Assembly: GCA_025201805.1 (NCBI GenBank)
Contig: MU619299.1
Location: 71,304 to 135,303 of the forward strand
Length of the DNA stretch: 64,000 nt
From: Parasitella parasitica NRRL 2501
Taxonomy: Eukaryota; Fungi; Mucoromycota
Direction of reading: 5' to 3'
Position numbers and translations under genes: made by a program. The first letter of the stretch is position 1. Each line of letters starts with the position of its first letter. The notes below the pieces were generated by a model that was not told the DNA's origin, ran no database searches, and was given only the letters and a program-made list of their open reading frames with translations. Shown here piece by piece: positions 23,213 through 37,120 of this stretch.

Positions 23213-23992
23213 NNNNNNNNNNNNNNNNNNNNNNNNNNNNNNNNNNNNNNNNNNNNNNNNNNNNNNNNNNNNNNNNNNNNNNNNNNNNNNNNNNNNNNNN
23301 NNNNNNNNNNNNNNNNNNNNNNNNNNNNNNNNNNNNNNNNNNNNNNNNNNNNNNNNNNNNNNNNNNNNNNNNNNNNNNNNNNNNNNNNNNNNNNNNNNNN
23401 NNNNNNNNNNNNNNNNNNNNNNNNNNNNNNNNNNNNNNNNNNNNNNNNNNNNNNNNNNNNNNNNNNNNNNNNNNNNNNNNNNNNNNNNNNNNNNNNNNNN
23501 NNNNNNNNNNNNNNNNNNNNNNNNNNNNNNNNNNNNNNNNNNNNNNNNNNNNNNNNNNNNNNNNNNNNNNNNNNNNNNNNNNNNNNNNNNNNNNNNNNNN
23601 NNNNNNNNNNNNNNNNNNNNNNNNNNNNNNNNNNNNNNNNNNNNNNNNNNNNNNNNNNNNNNNNNNNNNNNNNNNNNNNNNNNNNNNNNNNNNNNNNNNN
23701 NNNNNNNNNNNNNNNNNNNNNNNNNNNNNNNNNNNNNNNNNNNNNNNNNNNNNNNNNNNNNNNNNNNNNNNNNNNNNNNNNNNNNNNNNNNNNNNNNNNN
23801 NNNNNNNNNNNNNNNNNNNNNNNNNNNNNNNNNNNNNNNNNNNNNNNNNNNNNNNNNNNNNNNNNNNNNNNNNNNNNNNNNNNNNNNNNNNNNNNNNNNN
23901 NNNNNNNNNNNNNNNNNNNNNNNNNNNNNNNNNNNNNNNNNNNNNNNNNNNNNNNNNNNNNNNNNNNNNNNNNNNNNNNNNNNNNNNNNNNN
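23213..23992. other. Assembly gap (about 780 N) flanked by poly-A
   Basis: Run of N. Smaller gaps occur near 13684, 38862, 42617 and 45398, each next to a homopolymer. Confidence 0.99.
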
Positions 23993-24573
23993 AAAAAAAA
24001 AAAAAAAAAAATGTTAAAGATTTGATATATTTATGGAAACGGAATTTTTTTCTGGGTAAATATGCAATTAGTGTGATGGGGTTTCCGAAAAAAAGAGGGA
24101 GCTTATTGAAAAAGGAAACCAAATAGAGCACAAAGGCCAAGGGAGAGGTGGGGGAGATGTGTGACAAAGAAGTGAGGGAATTTGCATTATTGTAATCACA
24201 AATGTTGTCAAAAGAAGGATGGGTTGATTACAATATAATAATGAAAATAACGAGGAGAAATGTTGGGGGGTGGGTTACATCAAAGAACCTGGCGGAAGGG
24301 GATCCAAGAAAAAGCGAGGGAGGCCATTTTTTTGTTTTACATGTATCACGATGTTTTGGGACAAAAATTTATTTAGGGGCCGGTCAAACGGAAGAAATCT
24401 AGTTGTTTGCGAACCTTCTTTTTAATGTTGTAATGGAATTATCCGACATTTTGCAACCAGTATAAATATAAATCAATTCTTGTGCTTTTCCCCCTTCCTT
24501 TCTTCATTCCTTTATACACACATAAAAACCGCAATAAAAACCACAAAAAAAACCACAGCGACTAGCCAGCAAG

Positions 24574-25438
24574 ATGACAGCATCATTTCCCATTCTATCA
24601 ATTACGAATCCATCGCAGTTAGCAGACTTTTGTGCAGTGATTATACCTAGTATCTGGGCTGGATCTTTTAAAAGAGCATTGCTAAGTCCGAAACGTCATA
24701 CTGCGTTCAAGATTTACGTCCAGAAAGTTCTCAAAGCAACACAAATATCATGTACTTGCATGGTTTTGGCACTCCATTACATTCAGCGACTGAGGACAGC
24801 TTATCCATCAATCAGAGCATCTATTGGTTCTGAAGTGAGACTATTCACAACGGCACTTGTGCTGGCAAACAAATTCTTGGACGACAATACATTTACGAAT
24901 AAGGTAATTCGAGTAATTCAATGATTTGCGACACAATGATTAATTGGCTTTTTTATAGACCTGGTCGGAGGTGTCTAGCATTCCAATCAATGAACTAAAC
25001 ATCATGGAGATGGAGTTTTTATCAGCACTGGACTACAATATTCATATTCCAGACACACAGTTCTTTGCATGGACATCGACATGTCAACAATGGTGGACAA
25101 ATAGCACCTTAATGATGCCCATGTCACCAGCAACACCACCACCGCCGCCTGCAGTGGTTCCAATGATGCAACCAATGAAACGGACACATGATTACATAGA
25201 TGAATATGCAACGCAGGCAACAAAGAAACGATACATGGATGACCAGGCACCAGCGCTTACTCCAATTTACAACTACAATTACCCTACACCTCCCATCAAT
25301 GTCTGTAAGCCAATTTTGAGCTGGTCCTCATCTGTCTCTGCATTAACGTCAGCCGCCAACTTGAGCACATACTATAATAACGCTGCCAACATGAATACAT
25401 TCCACCATCATCAGCATCCATATCATTCATATCAATAG
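24574..25438 (+). CDS. Pho85-type cyclin (Pcl/Clg1-like), intron 24904-24958
   Basis: [60 protein letters not shown] cyclin box with a P-rich tail. TATA-like TATAAATATAAA at about 24461. Confidence 0.92.
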
Positions 25439-26090
25439 ATCTTTTGCTACACATTCCCCTTTAGTATAAATGTATAAATGACAATATAATCTTACTGTAC
25501 ATAGCGTATACAAAAAATAAAAATTTGCTATCTTGTAAATACATACACAAACATTTAAGCCCAAGCGACGGTTCTAGTCTTGATAGAACCGCTACAGCGA
25601 TATTGTCTCACGTGGGAGTAATTTTGTACCGATTGGGTGGTTAAACAAAAGCATAATCGTTGAAAAATGTGGTCAAATTGTATGTTTTGCAAGCAGAAAA
25701 TATGCTTTGCATGTACTCCTTTGGGACATTCAAAACCAGTTTTTTGCAGTTTCATCATGATGTTCGCAAATTCCACGTGTGTTACTGAAATTGTGATCAG
25801 CAAAAAGAAAATCGAGGCGCCTCGTCTCGTCTCGTCTATCCCCGCTAGTCTATTATAAACTTATGTCATATAAATCAGATGAAACTATAAACATGCACCT
25901 AATAAAACAAATAGTATACTTATTATAAATAAAAAACCTTTTTAGCCCTAGTGATACATGTAATTTCTTTGTTCCACCAGAAAGGACATTTGTACAAGTA
26001 AATCTATTTGGCCCGCGGTAGACCTATTATTTGTGAAACCGGGTGATATCAAGTAATCATCTTTTGATGATAATATAATTATTCCTTGCC

Positions 26091-26131
<41 letters not shown>

Positions 26132-26700
26132 GGGAATTTTTGATATGCTTGTCTATCAGCGTGAGGTACTTCCAGATTGCATGTAGAACCATCTGACATT
26201 ACGATAATAGGTCAAGCAGGGAATGCTGAGTATGTCCTAGTGGATCACCTGCCGCCGCCGCTGCTCGAGAGTTGCTATGGTAATCTATACATTTTTACAT
26301 GACAAACAAAGTATACATATTCAGCCCACATCATATGTGTATAAACTTGGAACAAATCACCTCCTTGTACCTTGGGTATTTGAATCGCATTTCAAAAATA
26401 GTTAAATTGGGGGTCCAAGGTGTTGATGTAATGTCATGCCATGTCATGTAACTCTTTTCCTGGCTGTGAGCATGTAGTGTTACCATCGTGATTTTTTATT
26501 TAGTATTTTTGACAAAAAGAAACTGTAACAAGTAATAAAAAAAAAAAATTTCCAGATGCGACCATGATTAAAACATTATACAGTGCACGCCACATGAAGG
26601 CACTCCTTTTTCGTTCATGATACATTTGAAAAGCACCCCCAATTTCGGGTTTAATGCAAAGGGAGTCAACTTGCTCTTTTAATCTGACTAATTTAACAAT

Positions 26701-28303
26701 TTATAGCACTAATTCGCTGGGATTTCTAACGTAAAACTCAACCCGATCAAGGAAAGCAGCTGCCTTCTGGTCGTTTAAAATTTTTCCAGGCTTCCCGCCG
26801 TCTAGTTTAATTTCAACAGCATGTGTTTCCTTGGGCTGTTGGTTAAAGTCTAACTTTGCATTTTTTGTTGAAAGACGAACGTTGTAAGTAACTGGTTTTT
26901 TGGCTGGTGCACTGCCAAGATAGTCGATCAGATCAAGCATTTCATGATCTGATGAACGCTTCTTTGGTTGTGATACAATGCGCTGATAGCCGCCTACTTG
27001 CATAACATAAGGCTTGGAATTCTGATATGAATCGGTAATAAAATCATAGGCAGGTTCAGCTAAATTGAAAACCCTTATTTCGCTTGTTAGCATACCAATG
27101 CATAATTTTCGCTTTCTTTCTTCCTTACTTAAATTGGCCGCCTGTGTATTTCCCGGAAAAGGAAGAAGGAGTATGCTTGTAAACAATAGGATTCTTGACT
27201 CCAACAGAACTAATTTTGTTGGCTGTAACATCTTGAAGAGCACGTTCGGCTGCCTTTGCAATGAAATCATTGATACTGGCGTGAGTTCCATGTTGTTCGT
27301 TCATCGATTGGCGTAAACTAAAGAGATTGTCGACGACAATTTGTTTGCTGATGAATGTAGGGAGAGGAGGAGCGACTTCCTTTTGATCCTGCTTCTTTTC
27401 CGTCTATAATAAACAGCGTGAATTACTTGCGAGTGTCTCCTTTCTAGTTTTTTACTACCTTGGCAAATACAATTTGATCTCTAGGGGGTGCAATGCTGAG
27501 GGTAGCCTTGGGTGCAGGCTTGGGCTTGATGAGGCCGAGATGTGCGAGGACATCGCCCTTCAAAATGCGACCGCCATTACCAGACGACTTGATGCTGTCA
27601 ACATCCTTGATGCCATACTTCAATACCAAACTCAGCACAGCCGGGGATAATGGCTTCTTGAGCTTACTAGTATCGATATCGTGATGAGAGATAGATGATG
27701 CGGTAGGAGTAGGCATGGCGGTGGCGGAGGAAGCAGGCTTTTCTTCTATGACATGTAATCAGATCAAGCGGATAAATGTTAACATGGTATTCAGTTTTAC
27801 CTTCAGCAGGAGCTGGGTTAGACGCTGACGAGGAGTCTGTTTCTTCGGGGACTTGAACATTGGAGATATCATCGCCTTCTTCAGCAATAAGGGCAATCAA
27901 ACTATTGACAGATCCTTTTTTACCATCTTGAAGCTATTCCACTTGATCAACAACTGCTCGTCCCACACCCAAAAGCCTCTAATACTTACAATAATTTTAG
28001 CCAACACACCATCTTCAGCTGCTTCGACATCGATTTGAGCTTTATCGGTCTCCAGTTCCAAAAGAACCTCACCAGCAGCAAAGGAATCGCCCTCTTTCTT
28101 CATCCACTTGTGAATGGTACCTTCTGTCATGGTAGGACTCATAGCAGGCAGATTGAAGCGGGTAATGGCAGCACTCATTGCAGAAGTGTGAAATGCTATG
28201 TTTTGGATTTTAGTTTGATTGATGATTCCACAAAATTGATTATAATACCCGCAGTTGTCTTGTTACTAACAGTTGTTGTTAATCTACTTGCTAAACGATG
28301 CAT
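26701..28303 (-). CDS. PDX1: Pyruvate dehydrogenase protein X / E3-binding protein, mitochondrial
   Basis: Mitochondrial-type leader MHRLASRL, lipoyl domain ([15 protein letters not shown]), E3-binding domain ([17 protein letters not shown]). Degenerate C-domain lacks the catalytic DHRxxDG motif of E2. Confidence 0.88.
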
Positions 28304-30855
28304 GATGTCCGTAAATCCACACAATGAGAAACTCGAAACAAGGATGAGGTGAAGACGGGAATAGAAGCGAAATCTACGGGATTGTTGTTGATATACTATG
28401 GCCCCGGATTAAATCGTGACGTTTACCCTTAGAAATGTACTATTTAAGAAAGTCGTTCCTTGCAGACAAATGAGCTTTAATGCTGTGAATAGAAAACCGG
28501 ATCAGTGAACAAACATTGAGAGTTACTGTCCACCTCACTAGGCCATGACCATGCGTACTATGATAAACCAAAGTCCTATGAGGCAGAGACAACGAGGAGT
28601 CCTTCAGGCAACAAAAACGTTTGTTTTATAACATCCCTATCCTTCCCGCTCAAAATTTGGCTTGCTCAAGGTATCAAAGCATCCTGCTACAGCTTTTCAA
28701 CTTGAAATTCAATAATGGAAAAATTTGGACACGGAATTTTAGCTGTGTCTACAAATCAATGTAACAATCTAAATGTCTTGAAATGCAAACTTTTCACATT
28801 TCATGATGGGCATTTTTATTGCTGCTGCTGTTTGTGTTGCTGTTTACTTTTGTCAGCTTGTTGTATTCAACTTGCTAGTTCCATTCCACATTGCTAAAGC
28901 AATTGTAATCTTATTTTTAAATGATTCAAGAATACCGCAAGTGAGTTTACTCGAGTATTGCTTCTATACTCATCAGTTGAAACAATAAATCTTGGACGTT
29001 GCTTAAAATTTTGACTAATTCAAAGTACAAGTCCACAAACGCCATAAAATACAAACCAAGTTTTGGACTGTAGCCAATACACTGGTTCTAGCAGCGATAT
29101 CATACATTATCCAGTTCTCCAAAGTTTTATACTCGAGAGGCTTTCTTTTTCAAAGGATTTTCTTTTGATAATCGCTGAATTTGCAATAATGCTGCTCTTT
29201 TCTCTTACGGTACGCGTGGATCACATTTATTTATCTTTAGGCAAACACCTGCATTCAAGAAAACGGTTTTAATCAGGTTGAGCTTCCATTTGAACTGGTT
29301 GATTTTGTTTCCGTTGAAGATTTGCTGTCATATGTGGTATTTCAGTTTTGACATTTACCGCTTCTGAATGTTTTCTTGACTTTTACGGTTTGCAGGTCTT
29401 TTACAAGCTATGCTATAATGATTAATAAAAGTGTTAAAAGAAAGATGTCCAATCTTTATTTACCCGTCAAATTCATATATACAATGAAAAATTGGTGGAT
29501 ACAATCCTTTATTCTATAACCTTATAGTGTGTACCAATATTAATTTTGAATCATATAAAGTAATATACTTTAAAAGCATTTAATGCAAAATAGGCATCGT
29601 ATCTGTATCGCCGTTTTTGATTTATTTATGTCTGTAATTTTTGACATATAGGTCTAGCTCTTGCACAATAGTATCATTATGTAAAACTACTAGAATGTGA
29701 AAATGCCCACTCAAGTGTGGTTAGCATCAACAAGTTGTATGTTTTTCGTATGACAGTACACTTGTTTTGAAGGAGACAAGTTTTCATTATTTTTGAACAG
29801 GATGTTGTATTGCTTGTTGCGACATTTTAGTTTACACAAGGTACATTAATTCTAGTAAATAGAGCTATAATCGTACAACAAATTTACCAGGGAAAGTGAG
29901 GGATTCAAAAATTTCTATTTAGAGATCTCTAATCTATTTTGTACTTCAACGTGCTAATTTATTTGTATACACTTTGGTTTTACATTAATGCTTACTATAA
30001 GGAATAGCAAAAAAAAAAAAAAAAAAAACCAAGTATTTTGCAACATTGAAATATTATTTTAACAAAACAAAAAAAATAGATGTTTGGTTATGTAAATGCG
30101 ACACCATCTTTCTAATGCTAGAAAATCAGTGCTCAACTTGTAGCACGGCCAAATTTCATTGCATGTAATGCACCAGATCTGGAATAGCTCGTGTGCTACT
30201 CCAATACAAAAAATCAAGCTGATTATTTTAGTTGACAAATAGCATCATTCCGCACACAGGTTGAAGAAATAACATTTTTCAATTGGATTTGTAGGGAAAT
30301 TCAAGCAACACAACTTTGGTACAAGGGAAAGAGAATTATTTGCATGATAAAAATTCCGTTTAACATAATGTCATCCACTAGAGTACACAAACGACACTAC
30401 CACATACAGTACAGTTTTGTACTGAGGAAAAATTGGTCGTTTACAATCTTTGAAACACCCTATTTTAGTTGAAAAACACCAGAATAGATAAGGAATTGTC
30501 AATGACAAAAGTCTATAAAAAGCAGAAATTGTCATTCAAGTTGCAGAATATATTCGAAAAAGACCAGAAGATGAGTTTGTGTCTAATTAAGAAGTGAAGC
30601 CGGAGAAATCGCAATATATTTTTGATGGGCCATTTATACTGATGAACATTTAGAAATCACAGAGTGCTGTAAACAATGATTGCTTACATAAATGCGGAAT
30701 ACTCTTTTCTATGAATAGATAGCACATAATAATGATGTTTCGCGCCAAATTGATGCTCTTTTTTTTTTTGTGAAAAGAGTTTGTTCTTGGAATTCATTTG
30801 TCATACACTTTACAATCTAAAATAAGCAACTCAATGTATATATGTTTTACCACCT

Positions 30856-30864
30856 ATAAATATG
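30856..30864 (+). promoter_or_regulatory. Putative TATA box of the chitin deacetylase gene
   Basis: TATAAATA about 110 nt upstream of the ATG, followed by a pyrimidine-rich leader. Confidence 0.45.
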
Positions 30865-30966
30865 ATCTGTTTAATTTTCTGGTAACAGCTTTCCATCTTT
30901 CAACTCTCTCTTTGTCAACATCTATCTTTCTTTATTCCATTACGCTCCCTTAAGACTATACTTTAC

Positions 30967-32219
30967 ATGTTCCAAAAGCTTTTCATCCTTGCAACAGTTG
31001 CACTTACAGCAGTAAATGCTCATCCTGGATCACATGTGATTGTCAACGCAGCTGCTGCTCCTCAAACCATCAAATTGAAGGAAACCTACCCTCCTGCTTT
31101 CGCAATTCCTACAGCCAAGCCTGAATGGCTCGAACTAATCAAGAATGTCAACATTACCAAGGCGCCTGTTTACAAGAACGTCAACGATGCTGGTAAGTGG
31201 TGCTCATACATGTGTTAAACACATATGCCAACATTGCCATATACATAATAGGGCCCCAACCTGAAGTTGCTGGCAAAGACCCTCACTGCGATTGGACCTT
31301 CACTGGCTGTTTTGGCAAAGAAGACCTTTACGAATGTCCCAAGGGTCAATGGGCGCTTACCTACGATGATGGGCCATCTGAATTTAGTCCCAAGCTGTAC
31401 GACTACTTGGACCAGGTCAACGTCAAGGCCACCTTCTTCATGGTGGGCGGCCAAGTTGTTCAATTCCCTGACTATGCTCTTCGAGCCTTCAAGTCTGGTC
31501 ACGAATTAGCCATGCACACTTGGTCTCATAACTATATGACCACCTTGACCAACGAACAAATTGTCGCTGAGCTCAAGTGGAATGAACTGGTTATCAAGGA
31601 GGTTACGGGCGTCGCACCTCGCTACTTTAGACCACCTTACGGTGACATCGATAACCGTGTTCGTGGTGTTGCTGCGGCTCTTGGATTTGCTCCCATCATT
31701 TGGAACCATGATACCAATGATTGGGCATATGCCTCTAATCCCAAGGCCTTTAAGGAATCCTGGATTGATGGTAATGTCACCAAGTGGGCTAATGCGGCAA
31801 AGACTGCTACTGTCGGTGGTATTTCACTTGAGCATGATTTGTATACTCAAACTGTTGATGCTGCTATCCGTATCTTGCCTATTCTTCAAAAGGAATACGA
31901 ATTAGTCCCTGCTGGCAAATGTAACAATGTTCAAGTCTATAAGGGCAATGCCACTGTTCCTGTTGTCAGTAGTGCATCTTCTACTGCTATTGCCAACGCC
32001 ACATCTTCTACTGCTATTGCCTCAACCACCACTACTCCAGTTGCCGTTGCTCCTACACCCAATGCTGTTGGTGCTGTTGATGCCGCTGCTGCAGTTTCTT
32101 CATCTTCTTCCGCCGCCGCTGGCATCGCAGCTAATGCAGTTGGCTCTAGTGCTTCGTTTACTCGTGCTAATACTATTGGTTTAGGTGTTGCTGCTATTGC
32201 CGCTATGGCACTTGTTTAA
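30967..32219 (+). CDS. Chitin deacetylase (CE4/NodB), secreted, probably GPI-anchored (intron 31193-31251)
   Basis: Signal peptide, motifs TYDDGP, HTWSH, RPPYG, DTNDW and LEHD, an S/T/A-rich linker and a hydrophobic C-terminus. Confidence 0.95.
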
Positions 32220-34066
32220 ACTTCTCGTCGGTACTCAGACGAGCCTTTTCGTCTAGTATCGTATGAAGCCATTTTAACTATTTAGACTTATGTACTCCTT
32301 TCTCGAAATGAACATCAATTAAAATTGAGATAAAAATGCAAATGTATTAACAGCGAGTATATTTGCGAGTGGAATATTTCTTCTATGAATTTAAAATACT
32401 TTTAAAGAGGCTATATATTAATCATATTCATTGACATCAAGAAGAAGCGGCCCAATCTATTAATGCACAATGTCAGAAGGTTTCTTGCCTAATTTTAACA
32501 TCCTTACCACCAAAGCATTCCTTGACTGTCTTGCTGTGTTTGTTTTCAGCATGCTCACTTAAACTACACAAAGCATATCAACATCCGTTTCTCGCCCACC
32601 TTGTACAATTTACTTACGCTTTTTCACGAGAAGTACAGAGGAAACTTTGGAAGCAGGTTTTGCATATGATATTTTTGGCAGCTTCATTCTATAAATTGAT
32701 GGTTAAGACCTTTTCTTTTTTCAAATATTTCGCATTTACCAAAATCACTCACCGTTTTTTTCTGAGAAGATGCGCCTTTCCCCGGCTGGTCTTTTTTTCG
32801 CTCCTGCCTTGATATTTTTTTTGCACCCTGTAAAAATGCAATAATTGAGTATTTTGACGCTTCTTTATCACGTATTGCTATATTTACGTTTCCCATTTTC
32901 AACGACTTGAATAGAAAGAGAGAAAGAAGAGATTTTTAATGATAAAAAAAAATTTTTTTTTTTTTTTACCTCTTCAAAAAATTGTAGACGTCTCTCAATG
33001 TGATTTAGTGGGGCGAACCAAAAGAGAGATTGAAATCATGCTATTCTCGCCATTGTATCAACATTTACATGAGACATCTTGTAATGCTTGCTTCGTATCT
33101 AATAAAAGTAACTAGTCGGTAAGTGCACGTTCAAGTATGCGACTAACAGGCGAAAACACTTAATTTTTGGTGAAAGTCATGTTTCTCCTGGATGGAAATC
33201 ACAGCTTTGGGAGTTTTTTTTCTCCTGTCAAGTAAAATACGCCGCATTTTGCCTGCATGATAATATTGATGTGTTCAAGTGCTTGATTTTGATTCGAGCC
33301 TAACCCTTTTGAGCTATTGCATGTGCTTGTGTAGGGCTATTGGTAATGGATAAAGGCCAGTTTGGAAAGACATAGCAATAATTATATCGTCCCATTTTGC
33401 ACAACATCAGTTTGCCACTTTAATACATAGTATAAGGCGGAATAATGAAGTTGATGAGAGATGTAATACAAAAGATAAATGCTACAATTATATACTACTG
33501 GATATATATATTGAAATGCCTAGTATTTGTTGAACAACAGATTAGAAATATGCTTGATTTCCATAAATGTAAAATGTGAAATTTCTGGGTACATTGCACA
33601 GCTATAATGACGAGAGATGCAGTAAGTATGTATGTTGTATGTTGGATTCAGGCTTTTGTAGGAGCTTTGTGAAGAAACTAGTTACGATGTTCAATAATAT
33701 ATCTTGATGTAGATGATTATAGACCGAGAACATCAAAGTACAGTGCCATTTTAGAGTTGATCTATGCTAAATGAATTTGTGCTATGAATTATGTAGCAAC
33801 AGCGGACTCTTGTAGATCCTTAATAGACTTTAAGTACACTTTTGTGTTATACAACTTTTCTGATCAACTAAAAAGCCTTTTGGACATGTCAGCATCTCCT
33901 CATTGCTCCTTCTTTTTTTCTTTTCTTATCGTATCAGCCCAAGATAAATCAGGGAAGTTGATCTCAATCTAGCTTTTCTCTGCTCTTATTCCTCATCTAC
34001 CCAAGTTCACGGTAAGACGATAGTTTGTTCTGCTAAAGCCAGTTGTTTAACACAAGATGATTCTAG

Positions 34067-36201
34067 ATGTCGCAGCAACAACAGCAGTATTATTCAGATA
34101 TAGCTGAAAATATCCCTCTCAGCCAGGTACCAACTTCCGATGAAAAGCATGGCCAAAACGTATACGATCCCCAGTCGCAACAGTATGATACTACATATCA
34201 AAGAGTACCAAACGTGGAGTCCATGAATAGTCTTCAACATCTTCAGAGGGAAAGCGCAGTCTCTCTTTATCTTAAACCGTTGCTTAATATCGTCGTGTCT
34301 AGTTTTCTTACAATAGCATTGCTACTCCTTTTCCTTTATGCAGATGGAAAGCCTTTGGATTTTACTATTGCTGGCCTGAAAATTCCATCTCTCGTGTCTT
34401 TTCTTTTGAGCGCAAATTTGATTTTTATTGCAAGCGGCATCTCCAGGTATAGGTTCCATTTGTATGTCATGCAGACATATTTATATTCATCACTGCATGT
34501 TTAAAATTCAGGGCAATTGCAGAGTACAAGTGGGTTCGTCTTAGCGATGGCGCTAAATTGACCGTAATTGAGATCTATGATGAATGCACTCGTGGATTAT
34601 CAGGTTTGCAAGCGAAAACTGTGCCCCAAGAAAATGACACTAAATAATCACACCTTGTTAGGATTTACCTCAGCTTTCAAAGCATATCACTTTGACTGGA
34701 TCCTACTCGTGGCACTCGTATTCAACATTGGGCTTCTGATAATTAGCCCTGCTTCTCAAGAAATCCTGACTCCCATCGTAGAAACGGTTTCTAACAGCAG
34801 TTATAAAATCAAATTCTATTACATGCGTGCTGAAGAGTTAGGTGGCCGTAGCAGTCTTCAAGGCAGTGGCATGGCTCCCAAACTGAACGGATTGACAGCA
34901 AACGCTTATATCAGCGCTTCTAGCTTTGCTCAAGCCGCAACTGGTAGTAAGCAAACGCCTATTTTTGACTGCCCATCAGGATCTGCTTATTGCCTGTTCA
35001 AAAATGTAACTTACATTTCAACTAAAATGACTTGCGACACCGTGTCTCCTGATGAAACTGCTATTGTCAATCGCCGAGGAACAGAGCGATTTGTAGTCGT
35101 TTTGAAAGAGTATTTTACAAGTTTGAACATCAGTATGAACCCTCAGAAATTCCCTCACTTTTATTATTCGGGAAACATGGTTAACCGCACCTATTGGGAT
35201 TTGGCCAACTACACTGCTCCATTGATGCCAGGTTTATCCATACCCGAAATATTTGCCGACAAAAACGTCTATGATCCAAGGTACCGGCCTTATGTTGGTG
35301 ATCAATCTTTTATCATGGCGTACAACAGATCTAGCCAAATCAATTCCTATTTGAACATAAACGGTAGCTACTTGGATTTAGAATTTAAAAAGTGCTATTT
35401 CAATTCGAGTTATGTATCGGTATGTAAATCACATTCTGAAATGCAGCCAAATACTCATCTATAATTCAGTCTACGTGGAGAACTGCAAACGGAAGTCTGG
35501 AGCAGTACAGCGTCGAGTCAACTGTACCTATTGTCATGGACTACGACAAGGTGATAGGAAACAACACTGGTAATAATTACGACGCAATGGTGGCTCACCC
35601 AATGTCTGCCGTTATGATCAACGCTTACATTATGCAGCAAACCATCATTGCTGAATTAGTGGCACCAAAGTATTACAGCATCTATGACTATTTGAGGTCA
35701 TTTCTCCAAATTGAAGGTTTCAAGTATAGCAAAGATCTTTTCCCTTTTGAAGCTTTCATGCAATATGCATTGCGGGCCTTTGACTATGCCTATTTCCAGG
35801 CTCCTTATGTTGACAGCAGATTTGAACCCATCATTTGGGGAGGTAACCAAGGTGTAGCTGTCTTTAATCTAGAACCTAAATACTCTGTCAAAAGAGAAGC
35901 ATCTTATGCTTTATGTTTGTGCTTGTTTTTGCCTGTGGTGTGGTGGGTTGCAATATGGATTGTCAGCATAAGAAAATCCAATGGTGTCGCTCGTGGTAGC
36001 TCCCAAATTGCTCTCCTGACTGCTAGTTTGACACCACTTGCTCAGCATAATTTGAGTAGATTCTCAAATATGGACTGCAGTAATGCATTTAAACATTCTA
36101 AAAATGTCAAAGTACGAATTGGCGCTTTTACAAACAACAATCAAAAGGAGATCTTTGCTTTTGGCATGGATAATGAAGAAAATTTAAAGCCTTTGAAATG
36201 A
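34067..36201 (+). CDS. Multi-pass membrane glycoprotein, DUF3176-like (4 exons)
   Basis: N-terminal TM helices, spliced AIAEYKWVRL..IYDECTRG motif, ISPASQ, an extracellular domain with FDCPSG..C and many N-x-S/T sites, and a C-terminal TM helix. Confidence 0.7.
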
Positions 36202-36300
36202 TGAGGGTTAATAAACGTTACCCGAGCATAATTCTTTTACAGTATTTGTTCGTGACTCTTGCAGTTTTCGTTACTTTTCATTTTATACATTCATTTCACT

Positions 36301-36891
36301 ATGGAAGCTTACTACAGCCAATTTACTGAGATTTTCTCCACCCTTCCCGAGGGTTATCTCCCCAAGTGGCTATTGTTCACTTCAGCCCTTGGTATTTTCA
36401 ATTCCATCCAGAACTTTTGTACTAGTTCATTGACCAAGCGCGTTTACGCCAACAAGCCTGAAGAAGGTATCATCTTCTTGCAATAGTGCTCTGGTGCTAT
36501 TCTAATATTCAGATTTATAGTTACTCCTTTGAGTGGTCGTCTTTTTGCTACTTGGACATGGTCTGTCAGCATGATTCGTATCTATGCTGCTTTCCATCTT
36601 CAGCATAAATTGTATGTATGATTTTGGCATTTTGACATTTTGACATTTGTTTATTTACATTGAATAGCATGTATGATCTCGGTATTTGGACCTATGTCAT
36701 TGCGTTGACTCATTATGCAGGCGAGCTGTTAGTTTTCCGTGGTTGTAAGCTCAATGGGCCATTCATGTCTCCTTTGTTTGTTGCAGGTAAATATGGCACG
36801 CATTATAATTGACACTAGTATTTACCACACGTTAGTTACCTCTCTCATTTGGCTCACTCAAGTCAAAGATTCGTATGTCAAATTCTATTAA
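36301..36891 (+). CDS. ERG28: Ergosterol biosynthesis scaffold Erg28 (4 exons)
   Basis: GYLPKWLLFTS..FNSIQ..VTPLSGRLFATWT..IRIYAA..SPLFVAVTSLIWL; stop at 36889-36891. Confidence 0.95.
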
Positions 36892-37120
36892 ATAAATATT
36901 ACTTGTCTGCGTCTACTTTTTTTTTTTTTTTTTTTTTTTTTGGGTGGGGGGGGGTTAGACTTGTGAGACCCTCAAAAAATCACAACATAGGTATTTTTGC
37001 CTCTTGCTGGTATTATTGGAAAGCTATCTTTCGAAATAACGCATATAAAATGCACGTAATTGTACTTGGAAAAAAAGTATTCGCTATTATCGTTCCCAGT
37101 ATTAATATTACATTTATCAG

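Noticed and set aside
23054-24167. Three ~325-aa ORFs in the ORF track
   Set aside because: Artefacts of translating through the N gap.
26241-26250. TGGATCACCT resembling a bacterial 16S 3' end
   Set aside because: Only a 10-nt match with no surrounding rRNA sequence.
26701-27291. Apparent frameshift or separate ORF in the PDX1 3' half
   Set aside because: Resolved by a canonical GTAAGG..GCTAAC..AAG intron at about 27075-27129.
28700-29400. Q/K-rich coding-like stretches on the minus strand
   Set aside because: Frequent stops and no recognisable motif, so not supportable as a gene or pseudogene.
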